Origin: Patescibacteria group bacterium
Lineage (GTDB): Bacteria > Patescibacteriota > Saccharimonadia > Saccharimonadales > CAYUUR01
Assembly (NCBI GenBank): GCA_052034685.1
Contig: JBPOIH010000002.1
Location: 7,738 to 71,737, forward strand
Reading direction: 5' to 3'
DNA length: 64,000 nt
The notes beneath the pieces were generated by a model. It searched no databases, had not been told where the DNA came from, and worked only from the letters and a program-made list of their open reading frames with translations. A program made the translations under genes and the position numbers. Below, in pieces: positions 18,148 to 27,837 of this stretch; positions within the stretch are counted from its first letter, which is position 1; the number at the start of each line of letters is the position of its first letter.

Positions 18148-18251
18148 CCCTGTCCGAGGCTTCAGCCGAGTAAAGTTATTAGCACCAGGTGCTCTAACCA
18201 CTCAAACTGAACTTTCGCAGATAAAACAAGCTTGCACCTTTCATACATCAT

Positions 18252-18328
18252 GGGCCAGTAGCTCAGCTGGTTAGAGCACCTGCCTCTTAAGCAGGGTGTC
18301 GAGGGTTCGAGTCCCTCCTGGCCCTCCA
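18252..18328 (+). tRNA. tRNA-Lys(CTT), CCA encoded
   Basis: Hand-folded cloverleaf: GGGCCAG/CTGGCCC acceptor, anticodon loop CTCTTAA, T-arm GAGGG-TTCGAGT-CCCTC. Confidence 0.9.
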
Positions 18329-18336
18329 ATGAAAGA

Positions 18337-18359
18337 ACCGTCCTTGTGGGCGGTTTTTT
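18337..18359 (+). terminator. Rho-independent terminator after tRNA-Lys
   Basis: accgtcc-ttgt-gggcggt followed by ttttt. Confidence 0.6.
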
Positions 18360-18385
18360 CATTGGTCGTCCGGAGCGGCTCGGTT

Positions 18386-18544
18386 CCTCGACTTGGCTGC
18401 TTTAGCAGACAAAAGTCGAGGGTTCGGTCACAAGGAGCTCTCGCAGATGCTTGCATCGAGAAAGCAACGCAGTGTGCATTGCCCCTCCTGCCTTGTTTTC
18501 ATAGACGAAGTTTCGGGCCGGCTGAAAGTCGGTCGAGTCCCTCC
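18386..18544 (+). repeat. tRNA-linked structured element E1 (a family-A unit plus a 3' fragment of a family-B unit)
   Basis: It shares about 85% identity over its first 45 nt with the element after tRNA-Pro. It contains GTCGAGGGTTCG (identical to the tRNA-Lys T-arm 5' part), CCCTCCTG-CC and TCGAGTCCCTCC (tRNA-Lys 3' part mimics). Confidence 0.65.
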
Positions 18545-18588
18545 AGTGGAGACTGCTTCACAGAGAAGTTCTTTGTTATACTAAAAAT

Positions 18589-18966
18589 ATGAAACGTGGT
18601 GCTTTTGCGGTTATTCTAAAGGGAGATAAGCTTCTATTTGTTAAACCCCCTGATTGGGTATCGCAATTTAGTGGCCATTGGAATTTTCCTGGAGGAGTTG
18701 TCGAACCTGGCGAGTCTCTTGAGGAGGGGGCAAAAAGAGAAGCTTTTGAGGAAACAAACATCGTGTGTGAAATAGAAAGCCTTTTGATGACCGATCACAA
18801 CGAAAAATTCGACACATCCATAGCAATATTTAAAGCAAAGTACATATCTGGAGAAGTCACAATTCAACCAGAGGAAATATCAGAGGCAAGATGGATGACA
18901 ATTGAAGAAGCCCTTAATGAGCCTCTCGCCTTTGACATCAAGCAGGCGTTACTAGCTTTAGCCTAA
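18589..18966 (+). CDS. NUDIX hydrolase
   Basis: Nudix box GGVVEPGESLEEGAKREAFEETN. Confidence 0.85.
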   Translation: MKRGAFAVILKGDKLLFVKPPDWVSQFSGHWNFPGGVVEPGESLEEGAKREAFEETNIVCEIESLLMTDHNEKFDTSIAIFKAKYISGEVTIQPEEISEARWMTIEEALNEPLAFDIKQALLALA

Positions 18967-19022
18967 TGTTTGCTTCAGTTTAGATATGGTTTAATCGCTA
19001 AACTCCGAGAACGAGTACAACC

Positions 19023-19080
19023 GTGCGTTGCCCCTCCGACCAAAAGTTTCGGGCCGGCTGAAAGTCGGTCGAGTCCCTCC
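19023..19080 (+). repeat. Element E2, a direct repeat of the E1 3' part
   Basis: 19044-19080 is 37/37 identical to 18508-18544. 19023-19037 matches 18474-18488 with 1 mismatch. Confidence 0.85.
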
Positions 19081-19163
19081 TTCCAACGAAAAGATCGAGT
19101 AGTATAACCCGACGACAAACCAGCTTACCGCTATGCTAAAATTACCTAAGAGACCAAACGACA

Positions 19164-19457
19164 ATGATTGACTCAAACGAACGTATACTCACTGGTGAAC
19201 GCTTACGCATATACAAGCGAAACCGTAAAATTAACTTCCTATTGTTTGTTGCCTTGCTGTTCATAGCACTAATCCGAGGGACAAACGATTACAGTGAACT
19301 ACTCATACTTCTCGCCGCAACAGTGGCCGTGTGGTACTTGTATAAGTTTCTAACTAAGCAGACTGCACATCAACTGAGGAGGCAAGAACTTAAAATTGGC
19401 AGAAACGAAGCAGAAAAGATACTACAAAGCGCCGGAGTAAAAACAAGCAATAGCTAA
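19164..19457 (+). CDS. Small membrane protein, unknown function
   Basis: ORF with two hydrophobic helices. Confidence 0.45.
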   Translation: MIDSNERILTGERLRIYKRNRKINFLLFVALLFIALIRGTNDYSELLILLAATVAVWYLYKFLTKQTAHQLRRQELKIGRNEAEKILQSAGVKTSNS

Positions 19458-19524
19458 GCTGCGAAACTTCTCCTCACATAAAACGGTCTTTCCAATCCAT
19501 CGATCGAAAATGCCCTAGAAGAGC

Positions 19525-19956
19525 TTGTTAGCAAGCCACGCTCGGAGACCAAAATTGTTCTCAGAAGCTAAAGCGAAACGAGTTGGTCCCAGAATTGACT
19601 TATTATTACACGAGACTACGCATTCCTTCCTTTTCTTGACCCAACAATCAGAATCGACACAAAGGCTCTTGCAATTGGTCACTGATGTTCGAGGTGCAAC
19701 TGAAGGAGTAAAAGGCCTGACGGCTCTAGGCTCGTTAGATTTTTACAAGGGTGACAAGAAAATTGTAGAGGATACTACTGAACTAATGACAATGTATGCT
19801 TGGGACCCAGACTACGCAGAAGAATTTACTGACTTTTTAGCACAGCCTGAAGCTCGGTTGGTCAGAAATAGAGTAGGCCTCGTATCGGTCAGTAACTCCG
19901 CTCCGATTTTTGAGATACTGTCTGCAGCTGTCGAACAAAATATTGCTGCAGCTTAA
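19525..19956 (+). CDS. Hypothetical protein (contains HETTH), TTG start only
   Basis: ORF only. There is no ATG start and an upstream in-frame stop at 19516. Confidence 0.3.
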   Translation: MLASHARRPKLFSEAKAKRVGPRIDLLLHETTHSFLFLTQQSESTQRLLQLVTDVRGATEGVKGLTALGSLDFYKGDKKIVEDTTELMTMYAWDPDYAEEFTDFLAQPEARLVRNRVGLVSVSNSAPIFEILSAAVEQNIAAA

Positions 19957-20051
19957 GCTGCCTTAGTTCAAATAGCTCACACGATAACCCTCCAACACGG
20001 TTATGTTGAAACTCTTCCTTGTGAGGACTTTTTGTTTGATATAGTTATCCC

Positions 20052-20972
20052 ATGAACGAATCAGCAATTAGACGTCTTTTCTTGAACAATAATATTGATG
20101 TGACTGGCGATATTCGTAAAATTGAAGTCGGATTTACAAACACGGTCTATTGCGTAGACGATAAATACATACTTAAAATTTGTAGACTCACTGACAACGA
20201 GGTTTACTTTAAACGAGAAGTGCAGCTATACGAATACTTTGGCGCAAGCTTGCCGGTTCCTCGAGTACATACCTACGACGACTCAAAGTCTATCATCGAC
20301 AATCACTACATGATCTACCCACTCATTGAAGGAGAAAACCTTTACAATGTCTGGCACGCATTATCAGAAGAACAACGAAAAGATATCATAAGCCAACTGT
20401 GTGAAATATTAAAGCAAATCAACCAGACAGATATAGGTGCGCTGCCTAATGGCATAGATCTCGGAGATGGCACATCCTGGAAAGAAAAAATCCTGACCAA
20501 ACTATATAAGCATCTAGACGCTGTCGACAAAATGGGTACGCTTAGTGCGAGTGAAATAGCTCAGATTCGAAACTACGTTGAAGAACACCAAGACGTTTTG
20601 GATGAACAAAAGATGGCGCTGGTGTACTGGGACGCGCACTTTGACAATGTCATTGTTAAGGGCAGCAAAATTGTTGGGCTACTTGATTTTGAGAGGACTG
20701 AGTTAGCCTCGATTGACTTTGCTTTGGATATTGTTCAAAGGATGGTTGATATTCCAAAGAAGTACATGTCGGAATATGCAGAACAGTTTGCCAAGGATGA
20801 AGATTATGCTCAGCTTATGGAGTGGTACAAGGAATACTACCCAGAGTTATTTGATTTCCACGATATAGCAACCAGAATTAATTTGTATTCCATCGCACAC
20901 GACCTCGAAGATCTTGAGGGATGGCCCGATGTCCAATCTCTAAAGGACAATGTCTTGAAAATAACCGCCTAG
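20052..20972 (+). CDS. Aminoglycoside/choline-kinase-type phosphotransferase (APH family)
   Basis: VYWDAHFDNVIV...GLLDFE is the catalytic HxDxxxxN...D motif. Confidence 0.8.
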   Translation: MNESAIRRLFLNNNIDVTGDIRKIEVGFTNTVYCVDDKYILKICRLTDNEVYFKREVQLYEYFGASLPVPRVHTYDDSKSIIDNHYMIYPLIEGENLYNVWHALSEEQRKDIISQLCEILKQINQTDIGALPNGIDLGDGTSWKEKILTKLYKHLDAVDKMGTLSASEIAQIRNYVEEHQDVLDEQKMALVYWDAHFDNVIVKGSKIVGLLDFERTELASIDFALDIVQRMVDIPKKYMSEYAEQFAKDEDYAQLMEWYKEYYPELFDFHDIATRINLYSIAHDLEDLEGWPDVQSLKDNVLKITA

Positions 20973-21070
20973 CTTGCTGTAACGGCTGCGGTCATCCCTG
21001 CTATGACCTTCCAAAACAGTCCTGCTTAAAACAGAAGTTATTCGTATCCCCCTTTTGATATACTTCCCCC

Positions 21071-21553
21071 ATGCCCATACACCGTCCTAAACTCATATCA
21101 AGCATTGAAGGTCTCGGCCTTAATACAACCAAATCCATGAGATACACATCTAAGACAACGGCTATTGGCACTGAAATTTGGAATGAGTTAGAAGAACCCT
21201 GGCAAGAGGGCGAAACCATCATTGCGCGCCCAGGTTACAAATGGGTTACGCGGTGGGAGGTCGGCAAACCGTACATTATTAATAAGTTCTACGATGACGC
21301 TAATCATCTAGTCGGTATTTATTGCGATGTTGCTCGGCCAGTACGGCAAATTGAGGGTGGTTTTGAATTTGATGATCTTTACCTCGACGTCTGGTGGACT
21401 ACAGGTAAGCCAATCAGCGTGCTTGACGAGGATGAATTACAGGATGCCTTAAAGGCTGGCTACATTACAACAAATGAAGCCGACGAAGCTCATCGAGTTG
21501 CTAAAGAGCTGATAGAGTTGCTGAAGCAACAATCAGAAATTCTACAATTTTAG
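21071..21553 (+). CDS. DUF402 family protein (nucleoside tri/diphosphatase-like)
   Basis: GIYCDVARP...DDLYLDVWW...LDEDEL pattern. Confidence 0.65.
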   Translation: MPIHRPKLISSIEGLGLNTTKSMRYTSKTTAIGTEIWNELEEPWQEGETIIARPGYKWVTRWEVGKPYIINKFYDDANHLVGIYCDVARPVRQIEGGFEFDDLYLDVWWTTGKPISVLDEDELQDALKAGYITTNEADEAHRVAKELIELLKQQSEILQF

Positions 21554-21630
21554 ACCCATAACATCGGAGGCTGCCTTCTAATAGAGGCCACCTTAAACAG
21601 AGTTCATCTTCTTTTTGCTATACTTCAGAC

Positions 21631-22158
21631 ATGAAATTGATATTCATCTACGGGCCACCCGCCGCTGGTAAGCTAACTGTTTCAGAAAAGCTATCCGAAT
21701 TAACAGGCATACCTGTTTTTCATAATCATCATTCCAGAGATCTGGTGAAGGATATCTATGGGGATGGCCTAAATCAGCACTACGCACTCGTAGACAAAAT
21801 TCGCTATGACGTGATGGAGTACTGCGCACAGAACAATACCGATTTAATATTTACCTACGTATACGGTGGACCCCAAGATGACGATAACGTAAAAGGCTTC
21901 ACAAAAACGATTGAATCAAATGGCGGTCAAGTTTTGTTTGTAGAACTCACGGCCGATGCAAGTGATCTAGTAGACAGAGTCGATAATGATTCACGGAAAA
22001 GATTCAAAAAGTTACTGGACAAAAAGATAATGACAGAACTTACAGAAAACATGTCAATTTTTACCATTCCATACGTTGAATCATTGAAAATAAACACATC
22101 AGATACTAGTCCTGCTCAATCCGCTGATATCATCGCAAACAAACTAGGGTTGCTTTAG
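21631..22158 (+). CDS. P-loop kinase-like ATPase
   Basis: Walker A GPPAAGKLT close to the N-terminus. Confidence 0.6.
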   Translation: MKLIFIYGPPAAGKLTVSEKLSELTGIPVFHNHHSRDLVKDIYGDGLNQHYALVDKIRYDVMEYCAQNNTDLIFTYVYGGPQDDDNVKGFTKTIESNGGQVLFVELTADASDLVDRVDNDSRKRFKKLLDKKIMTELTENMSIFTIPYVESLKINTSDTSPAQSADIIANKLGLL

Positions 22159-22182
22159 TTTAGTAAGCTGAAGATAGTTATC

Positions 22183-22914
22183 TTGGACTTGGATGGCACG
22201 ACCGTTGCATCAAATGAAGCAGCTATGCCAAGCAAACGTGTTATTGAGGCAGTCAAAAGTGCCCAAAACAAAGTTCACGTAGCTGTAGCAACTGGCAGGC
22301 CATATAGTTACGCCTTGCCCGTTATCAAAGCGCTTAATCTACGCGGCCCGAGTGTATTTAACGGGGGTGCAGAGATAGTTGAAAGTGATACCGGCAAAGT
22401 ACTGCACCGCCAGATGTTGTCTATAGATGCGCTCCAAGAACTAGCTACTCTTAGCTTACCATTCGGCTATAAAATATACAGCGATGAAGATGACTACTCC
22501 TCACCAATAACGAATCCTAAACAGGTTACAGGAGAAGCTGCGAAGTTTTTTATTGAAGCGGTCAAAACCAACGACGCAATACATATACTTGAGGAGCTAG
22601 CTGCCGTCAAAACAGCGGCAGCTCACCCGACAACTTCATGGGATACAGGCGATGTGGTTGATATTCATGTCACACATGTAGATGGCACCAAAAGGCATGG
22701 CGTAGAAAGATTAATCACAATGCTTGGTATCGACAAGGAACATGCCCTTGCCATTGGCGACAGCCATAATGACATACCCATGATGGAGGCGGCTGGCTTT
22801 AAAGTAGCCATGGGCGACGCACCAAAAGAAGTGAAGGTTCTAGCTGATTATATAGCCCCCTCGCTACATGATGATGGCGTAGCCGAAACAATAGAACGCT
22901 TCATATTAGCTTAA
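22183..22914 (+). CDS. Cof-type HAD-IIB phosphatase
   Basis: LDLDGT and GDSHNDIPMMEAAG. The start codon is uncertain (TTG 22183 or further upstream). Confidence 0.85.
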   Translation: MDLDGTTVASNEAAMPSKRVIEAVKSAQNKVHVAVATGRPYSYALPVIKALNLRGPSVFNGGAEIVESDTGKVLHRQMLSIDALQELATLSLPFGYKIYSDEDDYSSPITNPKQVTGEAAKFFIEAVKTNDAIHILEELAAVKTAAAHPTTSWDTGDVVDIHVTHVDGTKRHGVERLITMLGIDKEHALAIGDSHNDIPMMEAAGFKVAMGDAPKEVKVLADYIAPSLHDDGVAETIERFILA

Positions 22915-23084
22915 GGATCAGTTGCAAAAAACTAAGAGGCTCTGCAGACATTGACTTAATTTAGCAAGCAAAGGTCGTGGCTCTAGTTCCACACGGGCCC
23001 ATCTAGAAACCCATAACAAGTTATTTGCTAATTAGTAAAGAGTATTTTAGAATGGTTTAAACAGTAGGTAGGAGAGTTAGCTCA

Positions 23085-24008
23085 ATGCATTATGAAGTTA
23101 TGTATTCCCCAGGCGATCCAAACAAAGAAGGCTGGGCGCAGAAAGAACAAGATGTAAATGACCGTCACCAGAATTGGTACAGACTTTCAAGAATCGTCTT
23201 AACTGATTTGTTTCACGAAACTGGCGTCTATGACAATCTGAAGCGTGGCCAGCGCGCAAAACTCGAACGAAAGAACCAACTGGCGCTCAACCCACAACTT
23301 CCGCTTACGCGCGGTGAGCGATCTGCCAATCGCGGACACGCCAGCGGGATCCCTCTGTGGGCTATACCTATTCTACTCGGCGCTTCTGTTGTTGGAGCAG
23401 GGGTCGACGCCGTTGAAGGGTATTCCAAGACCGAGCGGATAGGTAGCCAGTATTTGGCAAGTAAGTTCCAGAACCTACACCAACGTTTGGGAATTGACGA
23501 AACAATTCGTGGCATTGATGGCGTGAATGAAGGCATCGTGTCTCGACTGGCACCACAGTTGAGGGTTGGAAGCGCTGCTGTACTGGCAAGCCAAGAGCCT
23601 GCCAACTATATTGTGAACATGGCTGATCTTTTGGAAGCAACCGAAGAGGCATTACGGCAAGATGGCACAACCGCCAACTTAGAACGTAGGAGAAGACTCA
23701 ATACTCTGTTTACTGAGAAGGCGCCACAACCACTGTCAGCGCAAGACCAAAGAGTTCGCGCAGCTGAAGTATTTATGAGCAGTAGCCTGTTAAGTAACGG
23801 CGAAATCTGTGACATCAGTCTAGAGCGACGGGCAGATTTTCTTCCGGACGGAGAAAAGACATTCCGAATAGAGACGACAACTCCCTATGCGTATCTGTAC
23901 GAGGGTACTGACATGACTGGCGCATACGAGCCGTACAGAAGACTCTATGCCGACAGATTACTCAATCCAGACCCAATAGCTGAACTAGTACAGAACTCCA
24001 TCGCCTAA
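23085..24008 (+). CDS. Hypothetical protein with one TM segment
   Basis: ORF only. Confidence 0.45.
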   Translation: MHYEVMYSPGDPNKEGWAQKEQDVNDRHQNWYRLSRIVLTDLFHETGVYDNLKRGQRAKLERKNQLALNPQLPLTRGERSANRGHASGIPLWAIPILLGASVVGAGVDAVEGYSKTERIGSQYLASKFQNLHQRLGIDETIRGIDGVNEGIVSRLAPQLRVGSAAVLASQEPANYIVNMADLLEATEEALRQDGTTANLERRRRLNTLFTEKAPQPLSAQDQRVRAAEVFMSSSLLSNGEICDISLERRADFLPDGEKTFRIETTTPYAYLYEGTDMTGAYEPYRRLYADRLLNPDPIAELVQNSIA

Positions 24009-24050
24009 GAGAGTAGAGAGCGTAGATTATTATTTTGTTATACTTGGCAA

Positions 24051-24698
24051 ATGGATAAAGCTGCCAAGACTGTCTGGGACTATATGCTTCTCGGGCACCC
24101 CATAAAAAAGTGTGATGTTATTCTCGTGCTGTGTAGCGTAGATGAGCGCGTAGCTGAATATGCAGCTCAGTTATTTCTAGATGGGCGTGGTGACTATCTG
24201 GTGTTTTCTGGTGGGGTAGCCCACCAAGGTGACTTGCTTGCCACCAATTGGGAAGGAAGTGAAGCCGATCACTTTGCAGAAATTGCTGTTTCAAGAGGAG
24301 TACCGAAAGACAAGATCATTATTGAAGACAAGGCGCAGAACACCGGCGAGAATATTAGGTTTTCATATGACCTTCTTAAGAATCGAGCAGTCAAAATGAA
24401 TTCTATATTGCTTGTGCAGAAGCCATATATGGAACGACGCACATTCGCTACTTTTAAGGCTCAGTGGCCAGACATAACTACAGAGATTGTCGTGACATCA
24501 CCACCCATCAAGTACGACGACTACTTTGATACGGTCAATCCAAAAGAAATGGTTCTGAACATCATGGTTGGTGACCTGCAGCGCATAAAGGAATATCCAA
24601 AACTAGGCTTTCAAATTCTGCAGGATATTCCTGAAGACGTCTGGCAATCGTATGAGCAACTCGTAGCCGCAGGTTACACAGAACACCTCATGAAGTAA
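24051..24698 (+). CDS. DUF218/YdcF-like protein
   Basis: VILVLCS...YLVFSGG...NTGENI pattern. Confidence 0.7.
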   Translation: MDKAAKTVWDYMLLGHPIKKCDVILVLCSVDERVAEYAAQLFLDGRGDYLVFSGGVAHQGDLLATNWEGSEADHFAEIAVSRGVPKDKIIIEDKAQNTGENIRFSYDLLKNRAVKMNSILLVQKPYMERRTFATFKAQWPDITTEIVVTSPPIKYDDYFDTVNPKEMVLNIMVGDLQRIKEYPKLGFQILQDIPEDVWQSYEQLVAAGYTEHLMK

Positions 24699-24765
24699 GC
24701 AGTAACTGTAGAATTATCATGAATTAAAAACAGGATATGGTAGCTGTTTTTGTTATAGTTTAACT

Positions 24766-25290
24766 ATGAAAGAAGTCGCTTGGGTGTTTGGAAATAGTGC
24801 TGCAGGTAAAGAGACGTTTATAAAGTACGTAACCGGAAATAGCGACAAACGGCTTTTTGATAGGCTGGGCTGGACGAACAGAAAAGTAAAAGTTGCCCTA
24901 TCCAGCATTGATAACATTGGGCAGTTTCTGAACGACCCTATTACATTAAAGCGTGATGGCATTCTTACAGAAACGCCACACTTACTAAAAGAGGCGGATG
25001 TCGTGCTCATTAAGTGGCAAACGGTAGATAGTGAGGCGGACAGAATAGAAAAACTTATGGCGCTATTGCCCAATGTTCTGCATAGGATAATACTCATATC
25101 TACGCCAAAATCAGAACTCACAAAAAGGCTACCAAACAAAAGTTGGTGGGACGACGATGACATTGACGCTTTTATTCAAGAAGAAAATGAGAGTCTTGAA
25201 CAAATAATTAACGACCTAAAAGACAAGCTACCGGTTATTGAGATCTCTGGTAATCCAACCGAGCATTACCATCCTATCTCTAATTCATAA
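24766..25290 (+). CDS. P-loop protein, unknown function
   Basis: GNSAAGKET Walker-A-like motif. Confidence 0.5.
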   Translation: MKEVAWVFGNSAAGKETFIKYVTGNSDKRLFDRLGWTNRKVKVALSSIDNIGQFLNDPITLKRDGILTETPHLLKEADVVLIKWQTVDSEADRIEKLMALLPNVLHRIILISTPKSELTKRLPNKSWWDDDDIDAFIQEENESLEQIINDLKDKLPVIEISGNPTEHYHPISNS

Positions 25291-25324
25291 GACCCGTCTT
25301 GATGCCTTTTGATACAATACAAGC

Positions 25325-25606
25325 ATGTCATTTCAAGCCTATCTAGACAATATTGAAACCAAAAGCGGCAAGACTCCCAACGAGTACATTGAACTTGCTA
25401 AGGCCAAAGGTTTTAGTAAAGACACTAATGCCGGCGAAATAGCGACCTGGCTCAAGCAAGATTACCAGCTTGGCCACGGTCACGCCATGGCACTGGTGCA
25501 CGTTATAAAGAACGGTGCCAAGATTAGTGATAAACACGTTGATACCGGTAGTGCACATAGCGACGACAGTAACGAACTCCGCCTCGACGGCCTCAAAAAC
25601 AGATAA
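25325..25606 (+). CDS. DUF4287 domain protein
   Basis: MSFQAYLDNIETKSGKTPNEYIELAKAKG...GHGHAMALV. Confidence 0.65.
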   Translation: MSFQAYLDNIETKSGKTPNEYIELAKAKGFSKDTNAGEIATWLKQDYQLGHGHAMALVHVIKNGAKISDKHVDTGSAHSDDSNELRLDGLKNR

Positions 25607-25759
25607 ATCCCTCGGTATATTCAGGTTTTATTAACAACGTTTACTTCTTAGTTGCATTTTTGTTGCATAAAACTACAGGGGTGGATGTTGCATTATTTAC
25701 ATTTGTGTTTCATAGATGGTGCGTTATGCTTGCGAAGCAATTAAGCAAGGAGAGCACCC

Positions 25760-26791
25760 ATGGAAGATTTTACATTCATAACTGGCCGTCCCCTGCCTTC
25801 ACCAGAAGCAATCGCCCGACGTCCAGAAATGTACCGTCAGGAAAAGTATGAGGCCAAGCGCGGCGAAATCCAGGACAAAATCACTGAATTACAAACAGAG
25901 CTAGAAGGACTGCAGGAAAGTCTGGAAAACCCCGCTACGTATGAGCGGGTGCCATTTTTAGAGACATTAGACCCTGAAACCAAGGAGCAACTAGAGGCAC
26001 GACGCCACGAAAGAGAAGAGAAAGCCAAAACTGCGGCTTGTTTATTATTGGCTGACGTTAACCTAGGCGACGATGAAGCGGCTACTGCACACTATACAAA
26101 CAAAGTAGACCACGACTTGGCCGGCGGATACATAGAATACCATAGCGTGTTTTTGGCCAAGCAAGTCGGAGTGTACTTAGTTAGCCATCAAGTTAGTTTT
26201 GGTGAAAGCGTTGGTGCAAAACGGGATTACCTCACGCCTCACTACAGACAGTACTTACTGCACACTGACGCGCCACAACCACTGACATCTAGTAACAAAG
26301 GGATGTTAGATGATCTAGGTGAAGTAACTTTGGCCACAACCACACCTACTGACTGGGTGCTTGTGGAGCGGGACGTACAAGCAAGCACAGAAACAATTAG
26401 AACCAAGCGCTTAGCAGACCGTTTGATACCACTACTCAGCCACAATGAATTGCGCCCATTCGTGTCTGCTAACGGCTACACCGACCGTAATCGGCTCACG
26501 AATAGCTACCGTGTAGAATTGGCCGCAGGCGTTGCGATACGGGTAGATGGCACGTACTATCAAGAACTGCGCGGTAGAGTGCCAACAACTGTACTCAAGA
26601 GTGTGAAGATAGGAATTTTCCATGGTGAAGAGGCTGCCGAAGCGTACGTTATCGATATTCCTACGCTGGAGGTTCTTCCCCGCGAATATGATTCGTACGA
26701 AAATATAGGCAACAAACACCTCCACAGCAAAGCCGAGACACTCACTAATATTCTGTTCGAAAACATAGCAAATAGGCCTGTGGAGGAGTAA
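25760..26791 (+). CDS. Hypothetical protein (343 aa)
   Basis: ORF with SD AAGGAGAG 5 nt upstream. Confidence 0.5.
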   Translation: MEDFTFITGRPLPSPEAIARRPEMYRQEKYEAKRGEIQDKITELQTELEGLQESLENPATYERVPFLETLDPETKEQLEARRHEREEKAKTAACLLLADVNLGDDEAATAHYTNKVDHDLAGGYIEYHSVFLAKQVGVYLVSHQVSFGESVGAKRDYLTPHYRQYLLHTDAPQPLTSSNKGMLDDLGEVTLATTTPTDWVLVERDVQASTETIRTKRLADRLIPLLSHNELRPFVSANGYTDRNRLTNSYRVELAAGVAIRVDGTYYQELRGRVPTTVLKSVKIGIFHGEEAAEAYVIDIPTLEVLPREYDSYENIGNKHLHSKAETLTNILFENIANRPVEE

Positions 26792-26794
26792 GAT

Positions 26795-27346
26795 ATGAAC
26801 GAAATGCACCCTATTTACTTTGTTACTGGCAACCCACATAAGTTCCGCGAAGCAAAAGCTTTGCTGCCACAGCTTGAGCAAGTCGAGTTTGATCTGCCAG
26901 AAGAACAATCGCTCGACCCACAACTCGTTATCCGCAAAAAACTAGAAGTAGCTAAGACTAAACATGACGGTCCGCTCATTGTCGAGGACACGTCACTTTA
27001 CTTAGACGGCTTGAATGGCTTCCCTGGCCCACTCATTAAGTGGATGGCACAAGCCGTCAGTAACGACGGTATATACCAATTATGTCAGCGCATTCACAAC
27101 ACCGGGGCAGTCGCAAAAACGGTCATTGGTTACGACGATGGCGAAACGGTGCAGTTCTTTGAAGGTGAGATTCATGGCGAGATCGTTAAGCCGTACGGCA
27201 ACGAAGGTTTTGGTTGGGACGAGATATTCCGACCCAACGGACTCAGTGAAACCTTTGCAGAAATGGGCGACGAATTCAAACCAGAATTCAGCATGCGCAC
27301 CCATGCCTTCAACCAGCTGAGTGATTACTTGCAATCAAAACAGTAA
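26795..27346 (+). CDS. rdgB: RdgB/HAM1 non-canonical purine NTP pyrophosphatase
   Basis: FVTGNPHKFREA, EDTSL, FPGP and FGWDEIF. Confidence 0.85.
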   Translation: MNEMHPIYFVTGNPHKFREAKALLPQLEQVEFDLPEEQSLDPQLVIRKKLEVAKTKHDGPLIVEDTSLYLDGLNGFPGPLIKWMAQAVSNDGIYQLCQRIHNTGAVAKTVIGYDDGETVQFFEGEIHGEIVKPYGNEGFGWDEIFRPNGLSETFAEMGDEFKPEFSMRTHAFNQLSDYLQSKQ

Positions 27347-27402
27347 GTACTTCTACCCCGTTATATTTCTACTACATGTGGGCCGTTGCTATACTGTCAT
27401 AC

Positions 27403-27807
27403 ATGAGCGATAACAGCGACTTCATGCACAAAGACCTACCTGTCTATTCTTTCAAGACCGAGCAGCACTTTGAGAAATGGCTATCACAGAACTACGAACG
27501 TGAAGCCGGTTTTTGGTTGCGTTTCTATAAAAAAGCCACCAACATACCAACGATTCAGATAGGTGAAGCTGTGGATGTGGCGCTTTGTTACGGCTGGATC
27601 GATGGACTACTCAATTCATACAATGAGGAGTCCTACCTCGTGCGGTTCACGCCACGAAGAGCAAAGAGTGTTTGGTCCCAAGTAAACGTTGCCAAAGTAA
27701 AAAAGCTGACCGCGGAGGGGCGTATGCAACCAAGTGGCCAAGCCCATGTGGATGCCGCCCAGAAAGACGGCAGGTGGGCAGCGGCATATTCAAGCAAGAG
27801 ACGGTGA
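27403..27807 (+). CDS. YdeI/OmpD-associated family protein
   Basis: GFWLRFYKK...ALCYGWIDG...RFTPRRAKSVWS. TATACT lies 7 nt before ATG 27403. Confidence 0.65.
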   Translation: MSDNSDFMHKDLPVYSFKTEQHFEKWLSQNYEREAGFWLRFYKKATNIPTIQIGEAVDVALCYGWIDGLLNSYNEESYLVRFTPRRAKSVWSQVNVAKVKKLTAEGRMQPSGQAHVDAAQKDGRWAAAYSSKRR

Positions 27808-27837
27808 TAGCTAAAATATGCTGTTAGAATAAATAGC

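Noticed and set aside
18130-18215. A possible second (intron-containing or long-arm) tRNA upstream of tRNA-Lys
   Set aside because: I tried to fold both strands. The D-stem, anticodon stem and T-arm cannot be formed, and only short fragments match tRNA-Lys. I report it as debris, not as a gene.
18162-18761. Track ORFs 18162..18362, 18271..18456, 18296..18592, 18393..18584 and 18576..18761
   Set aside because: They overlap tRNA-Lys, its terminator and the non-coding repeat E1, or run antisense to the NUDIX gene start. They have no SD and their sequence is low-complexity or Arg/Ser-rich. They are shadow ORFs.
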